In this document: positions 47,135 through 56,682 of the stretch, piece after piece
How the letters are laid out: each line of letters begins with the position of its first letter
Position numbering within the stretch: position 1 is the first letter of the stretch
From: a candidate division WOR-3 bacterium
GTDB lineage: Bacteria > Hydrothermota > Tepidihabitantia > SM23-42
Length of the DNA: 64,000 bases
Assembly: GCA_020349965.1 (NCBI GenBank)
Contig: CP070705.1
Coordinates: 545,934-609,933, forward strand
Reading direction: 5' to 3'
Translations under genes and position numbers: made by a program
The notes under the pieces: model-generated
The model's input: only the letters and a program-made list of their open reading frames with translations
What the model was told of the DNA's origin: nothing
The model's database searches: none

Positions 47135-47518
47135 ATGATGGATTGGGCTGGAAGTATTGCACTGATCTTTAATTTCTTCGTGGTCGGGGCCATCATCTTC
47201 GGAGTTATCTGGTTCCAATACATGAAGAGGAAGAAGCATTACGACACGCTACTCAAGGCGCTCGAGATGTCAAAGAACCCCGACCAGATCAAAGAATTGT
47301 TCGCAACGCAGAAGGTTCCAAAGCAGAAGAACGGTAAGGGTCTGGTCAAAAGCGGCATCGTGACCATCGGTATCGGCGCGGGTCTGGCATTTATGAGTCC
47401 TTTTCTACCTGCAGAGGCCATGGGAGGGCTGCTTGCATCTGGGGTTCTCATTGCCGTGCTTGGACTCTCGCTCGTGCTTGCCTACGTGTTGACCAGGAAG
47501 AAAGAAAAAGCTGAATAA
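47135..47518 (+). CDS. Hypothetical membrane protein
   Basis: An N-terminal TM helix, a charged linker and two C-terminal TM helices. It sits upstream of the ECF sigma operon. Confidence 0.35.
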   Translation: MMDWAGSIALIFNFFVVGAIIFGVIWFQYMKRKKHYDTLLKALEMSKNPDQIKELFATQKVPKQKNGKGLVKSGIVTIGIGAGLAFMSPFLPAEAMGGLLASGVLIAVLGLSLVLAYVLTRKKEKAE

Positions 47519-47521
47519 TCT

Positions 47522-48085
47522 TTGGAATCGAAGATCAATGAGATTGGGTGTTTGATCAAGAGCGCCCAGGATGGTGATGAGCAGGCGATGACAAAGCTCA
47601 TCACCATTCATAAAGGATTGGTGTTTACGATCGTGCTACGTATGACCAATGATTATGACTTGAGTCAGGATCTCACACAGGATACCTTTATTAAGGTCTT
47701 CATGAACATCAAAAGAGTGAAGAGTGCTGAGCACTTAAGGCCGTGGATTTGCGCTATTGCACGTAACGTCGTGCGCGACCACTTCCGGAAAGCGAAGAGA
47801 ACGCAGGCGATTTCATTTGAGAGCGTCAAGGATTTCCATGTGAAAGGAGAATCGAATATCGATTCCACAAAGCGGCGAATGGTGATCCAGGATGCATTAG
47901 CAAAACTGGCCGAAAGAGACCGCATGATTCTAACACTCACTTACTATGATGGATTGAGTCTTGGTGAGGTGGCGCAGGCATTGAAGATGTCAGAGAATGC
48001 TGTAAAAGTGGGCGTTCATCGGGCCCGCAAGAGACTGAGGAAATACTTGGAAGGGTATGAGCATGAACTCTTGTCCATACGTTGA
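47522..48085 (+). CDS. ECF (sigma-70 family group 4) RNA polymerase sigma factor
   Basis: Region 2 'DLTQDTFIKVFMNI' and region 4 'LTYYDGLSLGEVAQALKMSENAVKVGVHRARKRLR'. Confidence 0.8.
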   Translation: MESKINEIGCLIKSAQDGDEQAMTKLITIHKGLVFTIVLRMTNDYDLSQDLTQDTFIKVFMNIKRVKSAEHLRPWICAIARNVVRDHFRKAKRTQAISFESVKDFHVKGESNIDSTKRRMVIQDALAKLAERDRMILTLTYYDGLSLGEVAQALKMSENAVKVGVHRARKRLRKYLEGYEHELLSIR

Positions 48086-48539
48086 AAAGATAATCGATTA
48101 CAGGCTGCATCGCTTGACCGACGAAGAGAGGAGTTCATTCGAAACACATCTGGATTCCTGTCCATCTTGCCGGCATGAATTGGCAATTGAGATGGCGGTC
48201 GAGGATGAATTGGCAGCTGAATTTCAACCCGGTCTCATCGAGCAAGCAGTGATGAGGCGTCTGGAAATACATAAAGAGGAAGATATGCGGTCGTTCTGGC
48301 TGTACTCCTACCGGATCGCAGTTCTGGGGATAACTGCCGCGATTGCGATCTTTGTTCTGTTGCCCTACCTTTTGAAATTTCCGCGCAGTTATCTCCCGGA
48401 TTTGGGTAAATACGCCATTGTGTTCACGGATTTCTTCGCAGGGTTGGCATCGATCGATCCGATCTTCTTTTTCATGGGATTCGGCTATTTCCTGCTCATC
48501 ACGAGTTCGATATACGCGCTGGTACAGCTGCGGCGTTGA
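48057..48539 (+). CDS. Putative zinc-finger anti-sigma factor (membrane-anchored)
   Basis: Overlaps the sigma-factor stop. 'HLDSCPSCRHELA' is an HxxxCxxC anti-sigma motif, and there are C-terminal TM helices. Confidence 0.55.
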   Translation: MSMNSCPYVEKIIDYRLHRLTDEERSSFETHLDSCPSCRHELAIEMAVEDELAAEFQPGLIEQAVMRRLEIHKEEDMRSFWLYSYRIAVLGITAAIAIFVLLPYLLKFPRSYLPDLGKYAIVFTDFFAGLASIDPIFFFMGFGYFLLITSSIYALVQLRR

Positions 48540-48673
48540 TTCGTGTCCTGACGCGTCCGTACACTCACACTTTCGTTCCCTTTAGTTGACATCAGATGGT
48601 TGTTGTTTATAATACCTTTGCAGAAGTTCCACTCGTTCATGGAATAGTGTCATAGCGGACCGAAGGAGGCAAA

Positions 48674-48889
48674 ATGAAGGTTAAAGGAATAATCATTATC
48701 GTCCTCATCATTCTTGCCGTAATTTTAATCGCCCAGAACACTGAGGTTGTTCCCGTTCAAATCCTCTTCTGGCAGATATTGATGTCGCGAATCGTCCTGA
48801 TCGCCCTCATGCTCGTCTTGGGATTCGGCATAGGATTCATTCTTGCCAAGGTGACCGGGAGGAAACGATCGCCGCCAAAGGAGAATTAG
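48674..48889 (+). CDS. LapA/DUF1049-family small inner-membrane protein
   Basis: Two-TM, 71-aa protein with a 'IIIVLIILAVILIAQN...ILFW' pattern. Confidence 0.45.
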   Translation: MKVKGIIIIVLIILAVILIAQNTEVVPVQILFWQILMSRIVLIALMLVLGFGIGFILAKVTGRKRSPPKEN

Positions 48890-48956
48890 CGAAGAGGATG
48901 AGACTGCACAACGCTTATTCTCCGGTGAGGCACTTGCTGCGCCTTGAAGGAATAGA

Positions 48957-49715
48957 TTGAATATCGATTTAAAAGGCCAAGTCGTTCTTGTTACCGGCGC
49001 GGCCGGCGGTATTGGCGAGGCGATCGTGCGCCAACTGGGCGAGCATGGGGCGACCGTGGCTATTCATTACAACAGTAACAAGGAGCATGCGCAGAAACTC
49101 GCCCGTGAAGTGGGCAATGAATCAAAGATATTCGGTGCCGACTTGTCAGTACCACTTAACGGCGTTGCGCTCGTGCGCGATGTAATCCGTACATGTGGAT
49201 CTTTGGGCACACTCGTGAACAATGCCGGCGTCTATCTATGCTCACCGAATGAGAAGAATATTGGCGAATGGTTGACCGACTGGAACCGGACGATCGCCGT
49301 CAACCTTACGGCAACTGGCGTGCTATGCCGTGAAGCGGTGAACTACTTCAAGAAAGCGGGTGGAGGTAGAATCGTAAATATCGCCTCGAGAGCGGCGTTT
49401 CGAGGTGATTACGAGGACTATTTTGCCTATGCGGCGTCGAAAGGCGGCATGGTCGCGTTGAGCAAGACGATTGCCCGGGCATACGGAAAGCACAACATCA
49501 AATCCTTCGTCGTGGCGCCAGGTTTTGTCAGAACGCCGATAATCGACGAATACATTAAGGAACACGGGGCCGAGAAGATAATGAATGAATTGGCATTGAA
49601 TGAGCTGACAAGGCCAGAAGATATTGCGCCGACCATTGTTTTTCTTGCCAGTGGATTGATGGATCATGCAACGGGTTGCAGTATCGATATAAATGCTGCA
49701 AGTTATGTGAGGTAG
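48957..49715 (+). CDS. SDR-family oxidoreductase
   Basis: 'VVLVTGAAGGIGEAI' and 'NNAG' motifs, plus a 'YAASKGG' catalytic Tyr/Lys. Confidence 0.8.
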   Translation: MNIDLKGQVVLVTGAAGGIGEAIVRQLGEHGATVAIHYNSNKEHAQKLAREVGNESKIFGADLSVPLNGVALVRDVIRTCGSLGTLVNNAGVYLCSPNEKNIGEWLTDWNRTIAVNLTATGVLCREAVNYFKKAGGGRIVNIASRAAFRGDYEDYFAYAASKGGMVALSKTIARAYGKHNIKSFVVAPGFVRTPIIDEYIKEHGAEKIMNELALNELTRPEDIAPTIVFLASGLMDHATGCSIDINAASYVR

Positions 49716-49722
49716 CATCGAC

Positions 49723-50106
49723 ATGAATGAACAAGAAAAAGCAGTCAGGGAATTCTGGCGGATATTTGATGAAGCCCGCTATGACGATGTGAGACCATTG
49801 CTGCATCCTGATTGTCCTGTGTATTGGCCCAACACCCGCGAATTGTTCAGAGGAAGTAAGAAACTGATAGATGTAAACAAGTATTATCCGGGCAGGTGGT
49901 ATATCGAGGTTGTGGACGTGATCTCGAAAGACGACACGGTTGTATCGGTTGTGCGCGTCTATTCCAAAGAAAAGAAGGAAAGTTTCTACGCCACTTCGTT
50001 CTTCAAATTCAAAGACGGGTTGATCGCGGAGATAACCGAGTATTGGGGGGAGATCACCGAACCGCCGGCATGGCGCGTCACTGAGGGGCTATCGGAGCGG
50101 TATTGA
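49723..50106 (+). CDS. SnoaL-like (NTF2 superfamily) protein
   Basis: 'VREFWRIFDEARYDDVRPLLHPDCPVYWPNT...' is the typical SnoaL polyketide-cyclase-like fold signature. Confidence 0.55.
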   Translation: MNEQEKAVREFWRIFDEARYDDVRPLLHPDCPVYWPNTRELFRGSKKLIDVNKYYPGRWYIEVVDVISKDDTVVSVVRVYSKEKKESFYATSFFKFKDGLIAEITEYWGEITEPPAWRVTEGLSERY

Positions 50107-50131
50107 ATTCGACCACGCCTGACGGTGTCAT

Positions 50132-51286
50132 ATGAAAGGGGTGTCCATGTGTGATTTGCGCAGCTGCATTTTGGTCATAGTGCTTGGGATGTTATCGTCC
50201 TCTGGCACGATAAAAGCTGAAGATGATTTGTCTGTACCTCAGTTCTACTCGGCACGGTCGAAATCATCTCGATATCCGGCGACACACAGGGCCACGCCGC
50301 CGCTGCTGGCTGCGTTTGCAGCACCGGATGGAGCAATGCGCGGTCTTGCGTATGACGGTCAATATCTGTGGGCTGCAAACAGTGGTGACGGCAACAGCAT
50401 CGGCGGTTCCAAGATCTACAAGCTCGATCCTGACAGCGGTACGGTCCTCGTTGCGCTCAACGCACCGAGTGATTATGCCTGTGGTCTAACGTGGGATGGT
50501 CAATACCTGTGGTATTCGGCGTATATCACCGGTCTGATCCATCAACTCGACACCTTTGCCATGACTGTACTTAAAACCTTCAACGCGCCGACAACCCATC
50601 CTTTTGACCTGGCATGGGATGGCATGCGTCTCTACGCGGTCAGAGGCAATCAGACTTATATATCGGTAATCGACACCAGTGACGGTGAGGAAGTGGATTC
50701 GATTGAAACCACATATTCATCGCCAAATGTCCGGCCGTTTGGGCTGACGTTCCTACCGAGAAGCGCACCACAGCTACTTACCTCTGATGGCGACTATGGC
50801 TCCAATCTCGTGCATGTGTGGAATTTCTACACAAGCGCGTGGCTGGACCAGTGGGCTTCAGAACCTGCAGTATATCCATCCGGGCTTGCGTACGATTCGG
50901 TGACCGAACGGATGTGGGTATCTTGCTACGAACGGGATTCCATATACGTGTATGACGTCAGCCAGGTGGGCGTGCTCTCGGACGAACTCGTGACCATACC
51001 CGCATCCGGGATTCATGTGCACCCGAATCCGTTCAACCATAAGACTAAAATCGGATACACGATACACGATGCAGGATACCTGCCTGGAGAAACAACGCTG
51101 AATGTATATGATGCTACAGGCAGGTTGGTAAGGTCTTTATATCTTGAATCTAGTATCGTGAATCATGAATCAGCTGTTTGGTGGGACGGTACGGATGATA
51201 ATGGCCATATATTGCCTGGGGGTGTGTATTATGTCGTTGCACCGGTTAAAAGTCTTATAGTAAAATTGGTGAAAACGAGTAAGTGA
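50132..51286 (+). CDS. Secreted beta-propeller-repeat protein with T9SS C-terminal sorting domain
   Basis: Signal peptide and a recurring 'WDGQYLW/WDGMRLY' blade motif. The C-terminal 'VYDATGRLVRSLYLE...GVYYVVAP' is a T9SS CTD. Confidence 0.45.
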   Translation: MKGVSMCDLRSCILVIVLGMLSSSGTIKAEDDLSVPQFYSARSKSSRYPATHRATPPLLAAFAAPDGAMRGLAYDGQYLWAANSGDGNSIGGSKIYKLDPDSGTVLVALNAPSDYACGLTWDGQYLWYSAYITGLIHQLDTFAMTVLKTFNAPTTHPFDLAWDGMRLYAVRGNQTYISVIDTSDGEEVDSIETTYSSPNVRPFGLTFLPRSAPQLLTSDGDYGSNLVHVWNFYTSAWLDQWASEPAVYPSGLAYDSVTERMWVSCYERDSIYVYDVSQVGVLSDELVTIPASGIHVHPNPFNHKTKIGYTIHDAGYLPGETTLNVYDATGRLVRSLYLESSIVNHESAVWWDGTDDNGHILPGGVYYVVAPVKSLIVKLVKTSK

Positions 51287-51299
51287 CACAGCACGCAAT

Positions 51300-52354
51300 G
51301 GGGTCAGATCTTGACTATTGACAATTTCCTGATGCCCTTCTCGGCTGCTTCGTAAAGCACTGCGATTTTTTGTTTCTTGGCGATTCTACTTTGTAGGCGC
51401 GAGCGTAGTTTGCTCACTGCAGAATAGCTGATGCCTCCCAGCATGTCGCCAATTTGCGACTGCGTCAAATCTGAATACTTGTATAACAAATCTGCAGCTA
51501 TACTCCTCGCTTCGCTGTTGACATAGCAAGCAAGAATCTCTTTCTCTGTGACGCTACAGGCTTTTGCAGTCTGTTCTATAACGCGGTGGGGATTGACGCG
51601 CTGGACCACCAGCTCGCGGTACGAAGGTTGCTCTTGCTTTGATCCCTCCTCAATACACTCTGCCCGGATTTTCTTTACGAAGCTCTCATCGCCAAGAAGC
51701 AGACCGTACTTTACGTCCATGAAAGGATTTTTTACTTCCTTCTTGATGGCGTCGATAACAAATTGCGAATAGGATTTACGACCTCCAGTCATGGATAGTG
51801 TTAGGTCGTAGTATACGAATGCTACTGCATTTTTCGCTCTCATGTATCCAGGGAGACTACTCCACCGGTATGATGAAAGATGTCGCAATCGACGCTCATA
51901 TCCTGAGGCTGAAAACTGCGGGGTGCGTAATGCATTCAAATGAATATACCTGGAGACCTCTAGTAGGTAATTATCGGCATCTATTACTATTGCCTTATAC
52001 CGACCTTGGAATAGATGACCATACCTGTCATGACGATGATTGAACCATCCCACATACGTAACATTGAGTGTGCGTACAAACTCGGCGCAGTTCGGTTTGA
52101 GTGTTTGGATGAGAAGGTGGTAATGATTGTCCATTAGAATATATGCATGAATCCTAACAGAATATGTTTTGGCCGAATCGGCGAGCAGAGAGACAAATCT
52201 ACTTCGATCATCGTCGGCATAGAAAATTCTCTGTCTGCTATTGCCCCGACACATCAAATGGTAGTGCGCACCGGGAAATTGGATACGCAGTGGGCGTGCC
52301 ATGAAATCAGTCTAGTTGCAGTGCAAGAATTGTCAATGGTCAAGATCTGACCCC
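51300..52354. mobile_element. IS-like element: Y1 (IS200/RAYT-like) transposase gene bounded by 27-bp imperfect terminal inverted repeats
   Basis: Left end GGGGTCAGATCTTGACTATTGACAATT (51300-51326). The reverse complement of the right end (52328-52354) is GGGGTCAGATCTTGACCATTGACAATT, a 26/27 match. No target-site duplication detected. Confidence 0.55.
51304..52302 (-). CDS. IS200-like / REP-associated Y1 tyrosine transposase with C-terminal DnaA-C-like HTH domain
   Basis: 'AHYHLMCRG...IHAYILMDNHYHLLIQT' HuH motif and a '...SRYIHLNALR' catalytic Tyr context. The C-terminal 'LTQSQIGDMLGGISYSAVSKLRSRL' is a DnaA domain IV-like HTH. Confidence 0.6.
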   Translation of the reverse strand: MARPLRIQFPGAHYHLMCRGNSRQRIFYADDDRSRFVSLLADSAKTYSVRIHAYILMDNHYHLLIQTLKPNCAEFVRTLNVTYVGWFNHRHDRYGHLFQGRYKAIVIDADNYLLEVSRYIHLNALRTPQFSASGYERRLRHLSSYRWSSLPGYMRAKNAVAFVYYDLTLSMTGGRKSYSQFVIDAIKKEVKNPFMDVKYGLLLGDESFVKKIRAECIEEGSKQEQPSYRELVVQRVNPHRVIEQTAKACSVTEKEILACYVNSEARSIAADLLYKYSDLTQSQIGDMLGGISYSAVSKLRSRLQSRIAKKQKIAVLYEAAEKGIRKLSIVKI

Positions 52355-52433
52355 GAGGAGTTTGTCCCGCTGCCGCATCACTGAACCACAGACATCTGGA
52401 CAGTGTCTAAATTAGAGATAGGAGGATCGTAAT

Positions 52434-53525
52434 ATGAAGTGGTTTTCATTGGCCACCATTCTCGCGGTCTTCACCATTAGCATGTGCAAGAGCGAGGGTG
52501 CGGCTGAAGATAAGGGGATGGGTATGACGAAAAACAGCGGCAGTTATGAGAAGGCAACATTCGCAGGCGGGTGTTTCTGGTGTATGGAACCACCCTTTGA
52601 GAATTTGGATGGTGTGATAGAGGTAGTTCCGGGATATACCGGCGGTCAGACAGTAGATCCTACCTACGGGCAGGTCTCAAGTGGCACGACCGGTCATCTT
52701 GAGGCGGTTCAGGTAACCTATGACCCTTCTAAGATTGACTATACCGGAATGCTAGAGGTGTTTTGGATGCAGATAGATCCAACGGACGGCAGTGGCCAGT
52801 TCGTCGATCGTGGTTCTCAGTACAGCACGGCAATATTCTATCATAGCGAGGAACAGAAGAGGATCGCAGAAGAGTCAAAGTTGCGGCTCCAGAAGTCAGG
52901 GAGGTTCAGCAAGCCGATCGTTACTCAGATAAGGCCGTTCACCGAATTTTACGAAGCAGAGGATTATCACAAGGATTTCTACAAGAAGAGCCCTGTTCGA
53001 TACAAGACATATAAACTCTTCTCGGGGCGGGAAGCGTTTCAGAAGAAGAACTGGAGTGATGCGGCAGGGGAAGAAACTGAAAGTCGGTATAAGAAGCCTT
53101 CGGAGAAGGAGATTCGCGCGAAATTGACGCCAGAACAATACAGTGTTACACAGCAGTGCGGAACTGAACCTCCTTTTCAGAATGAATACTGGAATAACAA
53201 GAGAGAAGGTATCTACGTCGACGTAGTCTCTGGCGAGCCGCTCTTCAGTTCGAAAGACAAGTTCGATTCAGGCAGTGGCTGGCCGAGTTTCTTCCGTCCG
53301 ATAGATGAGATGAACATCGTTGAAAACGTGGATTCCAGTCACGGAATGGTGCGAACCGAGGTCCGCAGCGGAATCGGTGATTCCCATCTCGGGCATGTGT
53401 TCAATGATGGCCCTGAACCAACCGGCCTGCGGTATTGCATTAACTCTGCCTCTTTACGCTTCATACCAAAAGAGGATCTTGATAAGGAAGGGTATGGAGC
53501 ATACAAGATTCTCTTTGAGGAATAA
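52434..53525 (+). CDS. msrAB: Bifunctional peptide methionine sulfoxide reductase MsrA-MsrB (lipoprotein)
   Basis: MsrA '[11 protein letters not shown]', an MsrB zinc site, and '[11 protein letters not shown]' catalytic Cys. Signal peptide with Cys. Confidence 0.85.
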   Translation: MKWFSLATILAVFTISMCKSEGAAEDKGMGMTKNSGSYEKATFAGGCFWCMEPPFENLDGVIEVVPGYTGGQTVDPTYGQVSSGTTGHLEAVQVTYDPSKIDYTGMLEVFWMQIDPTDGSGQFVDRGSQYSTAIFYHSEEQKRIAEESKLRLQKSGRFSKPIVTQIRPFTEFYEAEDYHKDFYKKSPVRYKTYKLFSGREAFQKKNWSDAAGEETESRYKKPSEKEIRAKLTPEQYSVTQQCGTEPPFQNEYWNNKREGIYVDVVSGEPLFSSKDKFDSGSGWPSFFRPIDEMNIVENVDSSHGMVRTEVRSGIGDSHLGHVFNDGPEPTGLRYCINSASLRFIPKEDLDKEGYGAYKILFEE

Positions 53526-53732
53526 TTCGTATCCTGGAAGACGCAAGAGGGGGCGGTTTCGCCGTCCCCTCTAACTACATGCGGACGATTTTACTTAGAT
53601 AGTACGCAATCAATGCCGTTGACATAGAACATTCCATAGGTTATACTACCGTCAAAAATTCCATAATCAGGCAGCACGATGCTATTCGAGATTCTTGCAT
53701 CAGTGCTATGCTTCTATCAAAGGATGTGACTT

Positions 53733-54533
53733 ATGGCCGAAAAAAGCGTTAGTCGGGAGAATATTATTACGGCAGTGATTACAGCTCTCAGGCCGTTGGA
53801 ATATATTCATACGGTATGGGAAGGCGGTGCGGCAAGCTGGGGTAGGGTCGATGATTGGTCAGATATCGATCTCTATGTGGTATGTAGTGACGACTGCGTT
53901 GAGGATACTTTTGCTGTTCTGGAAAGGACAATAAGCGAGATAGACGAGATCGACCTGAGGTTTCGGGTGCCGGAACCGGCGTGGCATGGACATTCTCAAG
54001 TATTCTGGCGCCTGAAGACGGCAAGTCCGTTTCTGTTTCTGGATATCGCGGTAATGAAAAAGTCAAGTAAGGATAAATTTCTGCAGTACCGTATACACGG
54101 CAAACCCTTCATCCATTTTGACAAAATCGGCATTGTGGAGGATGACCCGGTCGATCCGAGTAGCTATGCCGATCAGCTTGCGAAACGTTTGGAGGTTTTG
54201 AAGACACAATTTGCCATGTTCCAGGTTTTGGTGCTAAAAGAGCTCAATCGCGGCAATAGCATGGAAGCTTTGAGTTATTACCTCAGCTACATTCTGCGAC
54301 CGCTGATCGAAGTGCTGCGGATCAAATATAGTCCGTGGCATTACCGGTTCTTCACGACTTACATATATTATGAAATGCCTAAGGAGATAACGGATCGGCT
54401 CCAACGGTTGTATTTCGTTCATGATGTAGATGCATTGAAAAAGTGCCGTGAGGAAGCAGAGGTTTGGTTCTGGGATGTGGCGGCAAGTATCGATCTGGAC
54501 GCGGTAAGAAGGAAACTCGATCTGGCGGATTGA
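53733..54533 (+). CDS. Nucleotidyltransferase-fold protein (possibly ANT(6)/AadK-like)
   Basis: 'GGAASWGRVDDWSDIDLYVV' is the G[SG]...D.D pattern of the minimal nucleotidyltransferase fold. The size of ~266 aa fits the aminoglycoside 6-adenylyltransferase family; the assignment is tentative. Confidence 0.4.
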   Translation: MAEKSVSRENIITAVITALRPLEYIHTVWEGGAASWGRVDDWSDIDLYVVCSDDCVEDTFAVLERTISEIDEIDLRFRVPEPAWHGHSQVFWRLKTASPFLFLDIAVMKKSSKDKFLQYRIHGKPFIHFDKIGIVEDDPVDPSSYADQLAKRLEVLKTQFAMFQVLVLKELNRGNSMEALSYYLSYILRPLIEVLRIKYSPWHYRFFTTYIYYEMPKEITDRLQRLYFVHDVDALKKCREEAEVWFWDVAASIDLDAVRRKLDLAD

Positions 54534-54647
54534 TGCCGAAGTAATCCAATGTAATGATAGATCCTTGACAACCTTGGGCAGACGGTTAGTATATTCAGTA
54601 TATTCTGATATTTTTGATAATTATGCTCAACCTGGTGGAGGTGAATA

Positions 54648-54920
54648 ATGGCAAGACAATGTGATAAGGGGAAGGCTGGAGCAAGCGAAGCAGGATCACG
54701 ATGTTGTGAAATAACGGCGGTTGTTACGGTTGATGAGCGTGGTCAAATGGTGCTTCCAAAAGAAATGCGTGAGGCGGCGGCGATCAATGCAGGCGACAAG
54801 TTGGCTGTGATTGCCATGTTCAAGGATGACAATGTTTGCTGCCTCTCCCTTATGAAGGTAGAAGAACTCTCCGATGCGGTAAAGGCGAAGCTCGGCCCAG
54901 TTATAAAGGGTATGACGTAG
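54648..54920 (+). CDS. AbrB/MazE/SpoVT-type DNA-binding domain protein with Cys pairs
   Basis: 'ITAVVTVDERGQMVLPKEMREAAAINAGDKLAV' swapped-hairpin motif, with CC pairs on either side. Confidence 0.45.
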   Translation: MARQCDKGKAGASEAGSRCCEITAVVTVDERGQMVLPKEMREAAAINAGDKLAVIAMFKDDNVCCLSLMKVEELSDAVKAKLGPVIKGMT

Positions 54921-54987
54921 ACGTTGCCGTTCCCGCCCCCAAGGAGAGTCTTCGGGAAGTGCTGCGAAGATTTCATCGTAACGAGAG

Positions 54988-55281
54988 GTGGATGCTGTGT
55001 TCAAGAATATAAAAGTAACCGTGGTGAAAGCTGAAGGTCCATGTAGCCGGATGAAAGAGGGTATGGAGTTCCGTATCAGAAACGCAAGGCTAGAAATACC
55101 TGAAGGTCAGAGTGTCTGCATTTTCGCGCTCGGAAGCTTATTGCCCGTGATCTCCGGTGCCATCATAAAGAACGTTGAGGGTCAAGGTGTATTGAACATA
55201 CTCCAGGAATGGCAGTGTCCTGATCCGCTGTCCGAGGTAATATTCAGAATCGAGGAAGAGAAATCTACAGCAACGAGCTAG
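54988..55281 (+). CDS. Small Cys-containing protein of unknown function, paired with the AbrB-like gene
   Basis: 97 aa; contains 'KVTVVKAEGPCSRMKEG' and 'WQCPDP'. I cannot assign a family with confidence. Confidence 0.3.
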   Translation: MDAVFKNIKVTVVKAEGPCSRMKEGMEFRIRNARLEIPEGQSVCIFALGSLLPVISGAIIKNVEGQGVLNILQEWQCPDPLSEVIFRIEEEKSTATS

Positions 55282-55317
55282 GCCGCATCCAGAAAATCGA
55301 CTTTCTTGTAGCCGGTG

Positions 55318-55716
55318 CTACTTGTCCCTGCATTCATCACTGTGTGAGCATGGTCTTCCCGGTTCATCGAATAGTCTGCCTTTCACATACAGGTCTATTG
55401 CATTTTCGATCTGGGTTTCGCTAGTTACATAAACATTTATGCCCGCTTTCTTCAGATCGGCATAGATCCTTCTTCCCATTCCTTGTGATATTACAGCTTT
55501 GCAATCCCTGAGTGCTTCAAGAATCGAATGGTGGTGACCGGATCCATGTCCGGTACCGTTCATTCCTCTGACGTGGCCGGTAAAAGTGTTGGGCAGATAG
55601 GCCATTCTTATTGGCTTTTTATCTTCGATATCGAATACTACAAAACCACGCGTTCTGCCAAAATGAGGTGCGATTGTCACCTCATCATCTGATGCAACTG
55701 CAACTTTTTCAATCAT
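55318..55716 (-). CDS. NifB/NifX-family (dinitrogenase FeMo-cofactor-binding-like) protein with His-rich loop
   Basis: 'MIEKVAVASDDEVTIAPHFGRTRGFVVFDI' and 'AVISQGMGRRIYADLKKAGINVY' match PF02579. It carries a 'GTGHGSGHHHS' insertion. Confidence 0.65.
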   Translation of the reverse strand: MIEKVAVASDDEVTIAPHFGRTRGFVVFDIEDKKPIRMAYLPNTFTGHVRGMNGTGHGSGHHHSILEALRDCKAVISQGMGRRIYADLKKAGINVYVTSETQIENAIDLYVKGRLFDEPGRPCSHSDECRDK

Positions 55717-55717
55717 A

Positions 55718-55984
55718 TTAATCGGCCCCCATTTCGTTTTGGAGTTCCAGAATTCGACGTTCAAGGTTCTTCTTTTCTTCACGTAATGCGTCCAGTTCTG
55801 CTTTGCTATCGCCCTTTAATCCAAAGTCTCGTGTCCACCGAAGTATGTGGCGGCCGTGGACAAAATGACCAAACCGATCCTGATAATATGCATTTGGCCC
55901 GCGTCCGCAATGACATGGTCCAACATAAACATACCCGTGAGGAATCACAGGTTGGGCGTGCTCTTTCCACCAACGTCGGTGCAT
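55718..55984 (-). CDS. DUF5320-family protein
   Basis: 'GPCHCGRGPNAYY...ELDALREEKKNLERRILELQ' is the typical DUF5320 pattern. Confidence 0.5.
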   Translation of the reverse strand: MHRRWWKEHAQPVIPHGYVYVGPCHCGRGPNAYYQDRFGHFVHGRHILRWTRDFGLKGDSKAELDALREEKKNLERRILELQNEMGAD

Positions 55985-56144
55985 TCTTACTCACCTCCTT
56001 TCACTCTCATCCATGATTCTTCAGCGGTGCGCAGAGGCTATCGTGAAGAGGCTCCTTGTGTATCCGGTACATGTTCATCGGCAGTTTCGGCACTGTGGCG
56101 TGACGATACGGAATATCGCCCGATGTTCATCTTCCTGCTGCTGA

Positions 56145-56516
56145 TCATCGGCGAAATCCACGGTAGCGTTTTCTGCCTCGTCGCTCGCTGCGCCCCATGG
56201 TATCTCTCGGTCGGCGGCAGGCTCCGATCATCTTGATGTTACCTCCTTCAATCTTGATGGCGCTTCCCGTAATCAGGGCATGAGCGATTTTGTTGTGCGC
56301 AGAATCGATTATGCGGCCGAATGTTTGACGGGATACGTTCATGATCTGTGCTGCCTCTTCTTGGTATCGGTCTTCATGGTCGGCCAATCTCACTGCTTCG
56401 AGTTCGTCCATTGTCAATGTGACTTCATCAAGTTGTGATAACGGTATTCCACGTGGCTTGAAGTAATATACCGAAGGTACAAATCTGACACTGCGGCAAC
56501 ATTGTGGGCGCGCCAT
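56145..56516 (-). CDS. DUF134 (UPF0251) predicted DNA-binding protein
   Basis: 'MARPQCCRSVRFVP...YFKPRG...MDELEAVRLADHEDRYQEEAAQIMNVSRQTFGRII' follows the DUF134 consensus. Confidence 0.6.
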   Translation of the reverse strand: MARPQCCRSVRFVPSVYYFKPRGIPLSQLDEVTLTMDELEAVRLADHEDRYQEEAAQIMNVSRQTFGRIIDSAHNKIAHALITGSAIKIEGGNIKMIGACRRPRDTMGRSERRGRKRYRGFRR

Positions 56517-56682
56517 ATAGTTGTCTCCTTAGGTTATCTATACTATTATAAGCATATGCCCATAATTGTCAAGGGCTGAAAATCCATGTTGTTTGAAGGA
56601 CACATATTGACAGCGGTTTATTATTGCCTAAAGTATGTAAAATGAGAGCGATTTCAGAACCTATAAATGGCGGAGGTCAACG

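Noticed and set aside
51290-52360. Target-site duplication flanking the TIR-bounded element
   Set aside because: The flanks (…gcacgcaat | … | gaggagttt…) show no direct repeat. That is consistent with a Y1-type (no TSD) mechanism or an old insertion, so no TSD is claimed.
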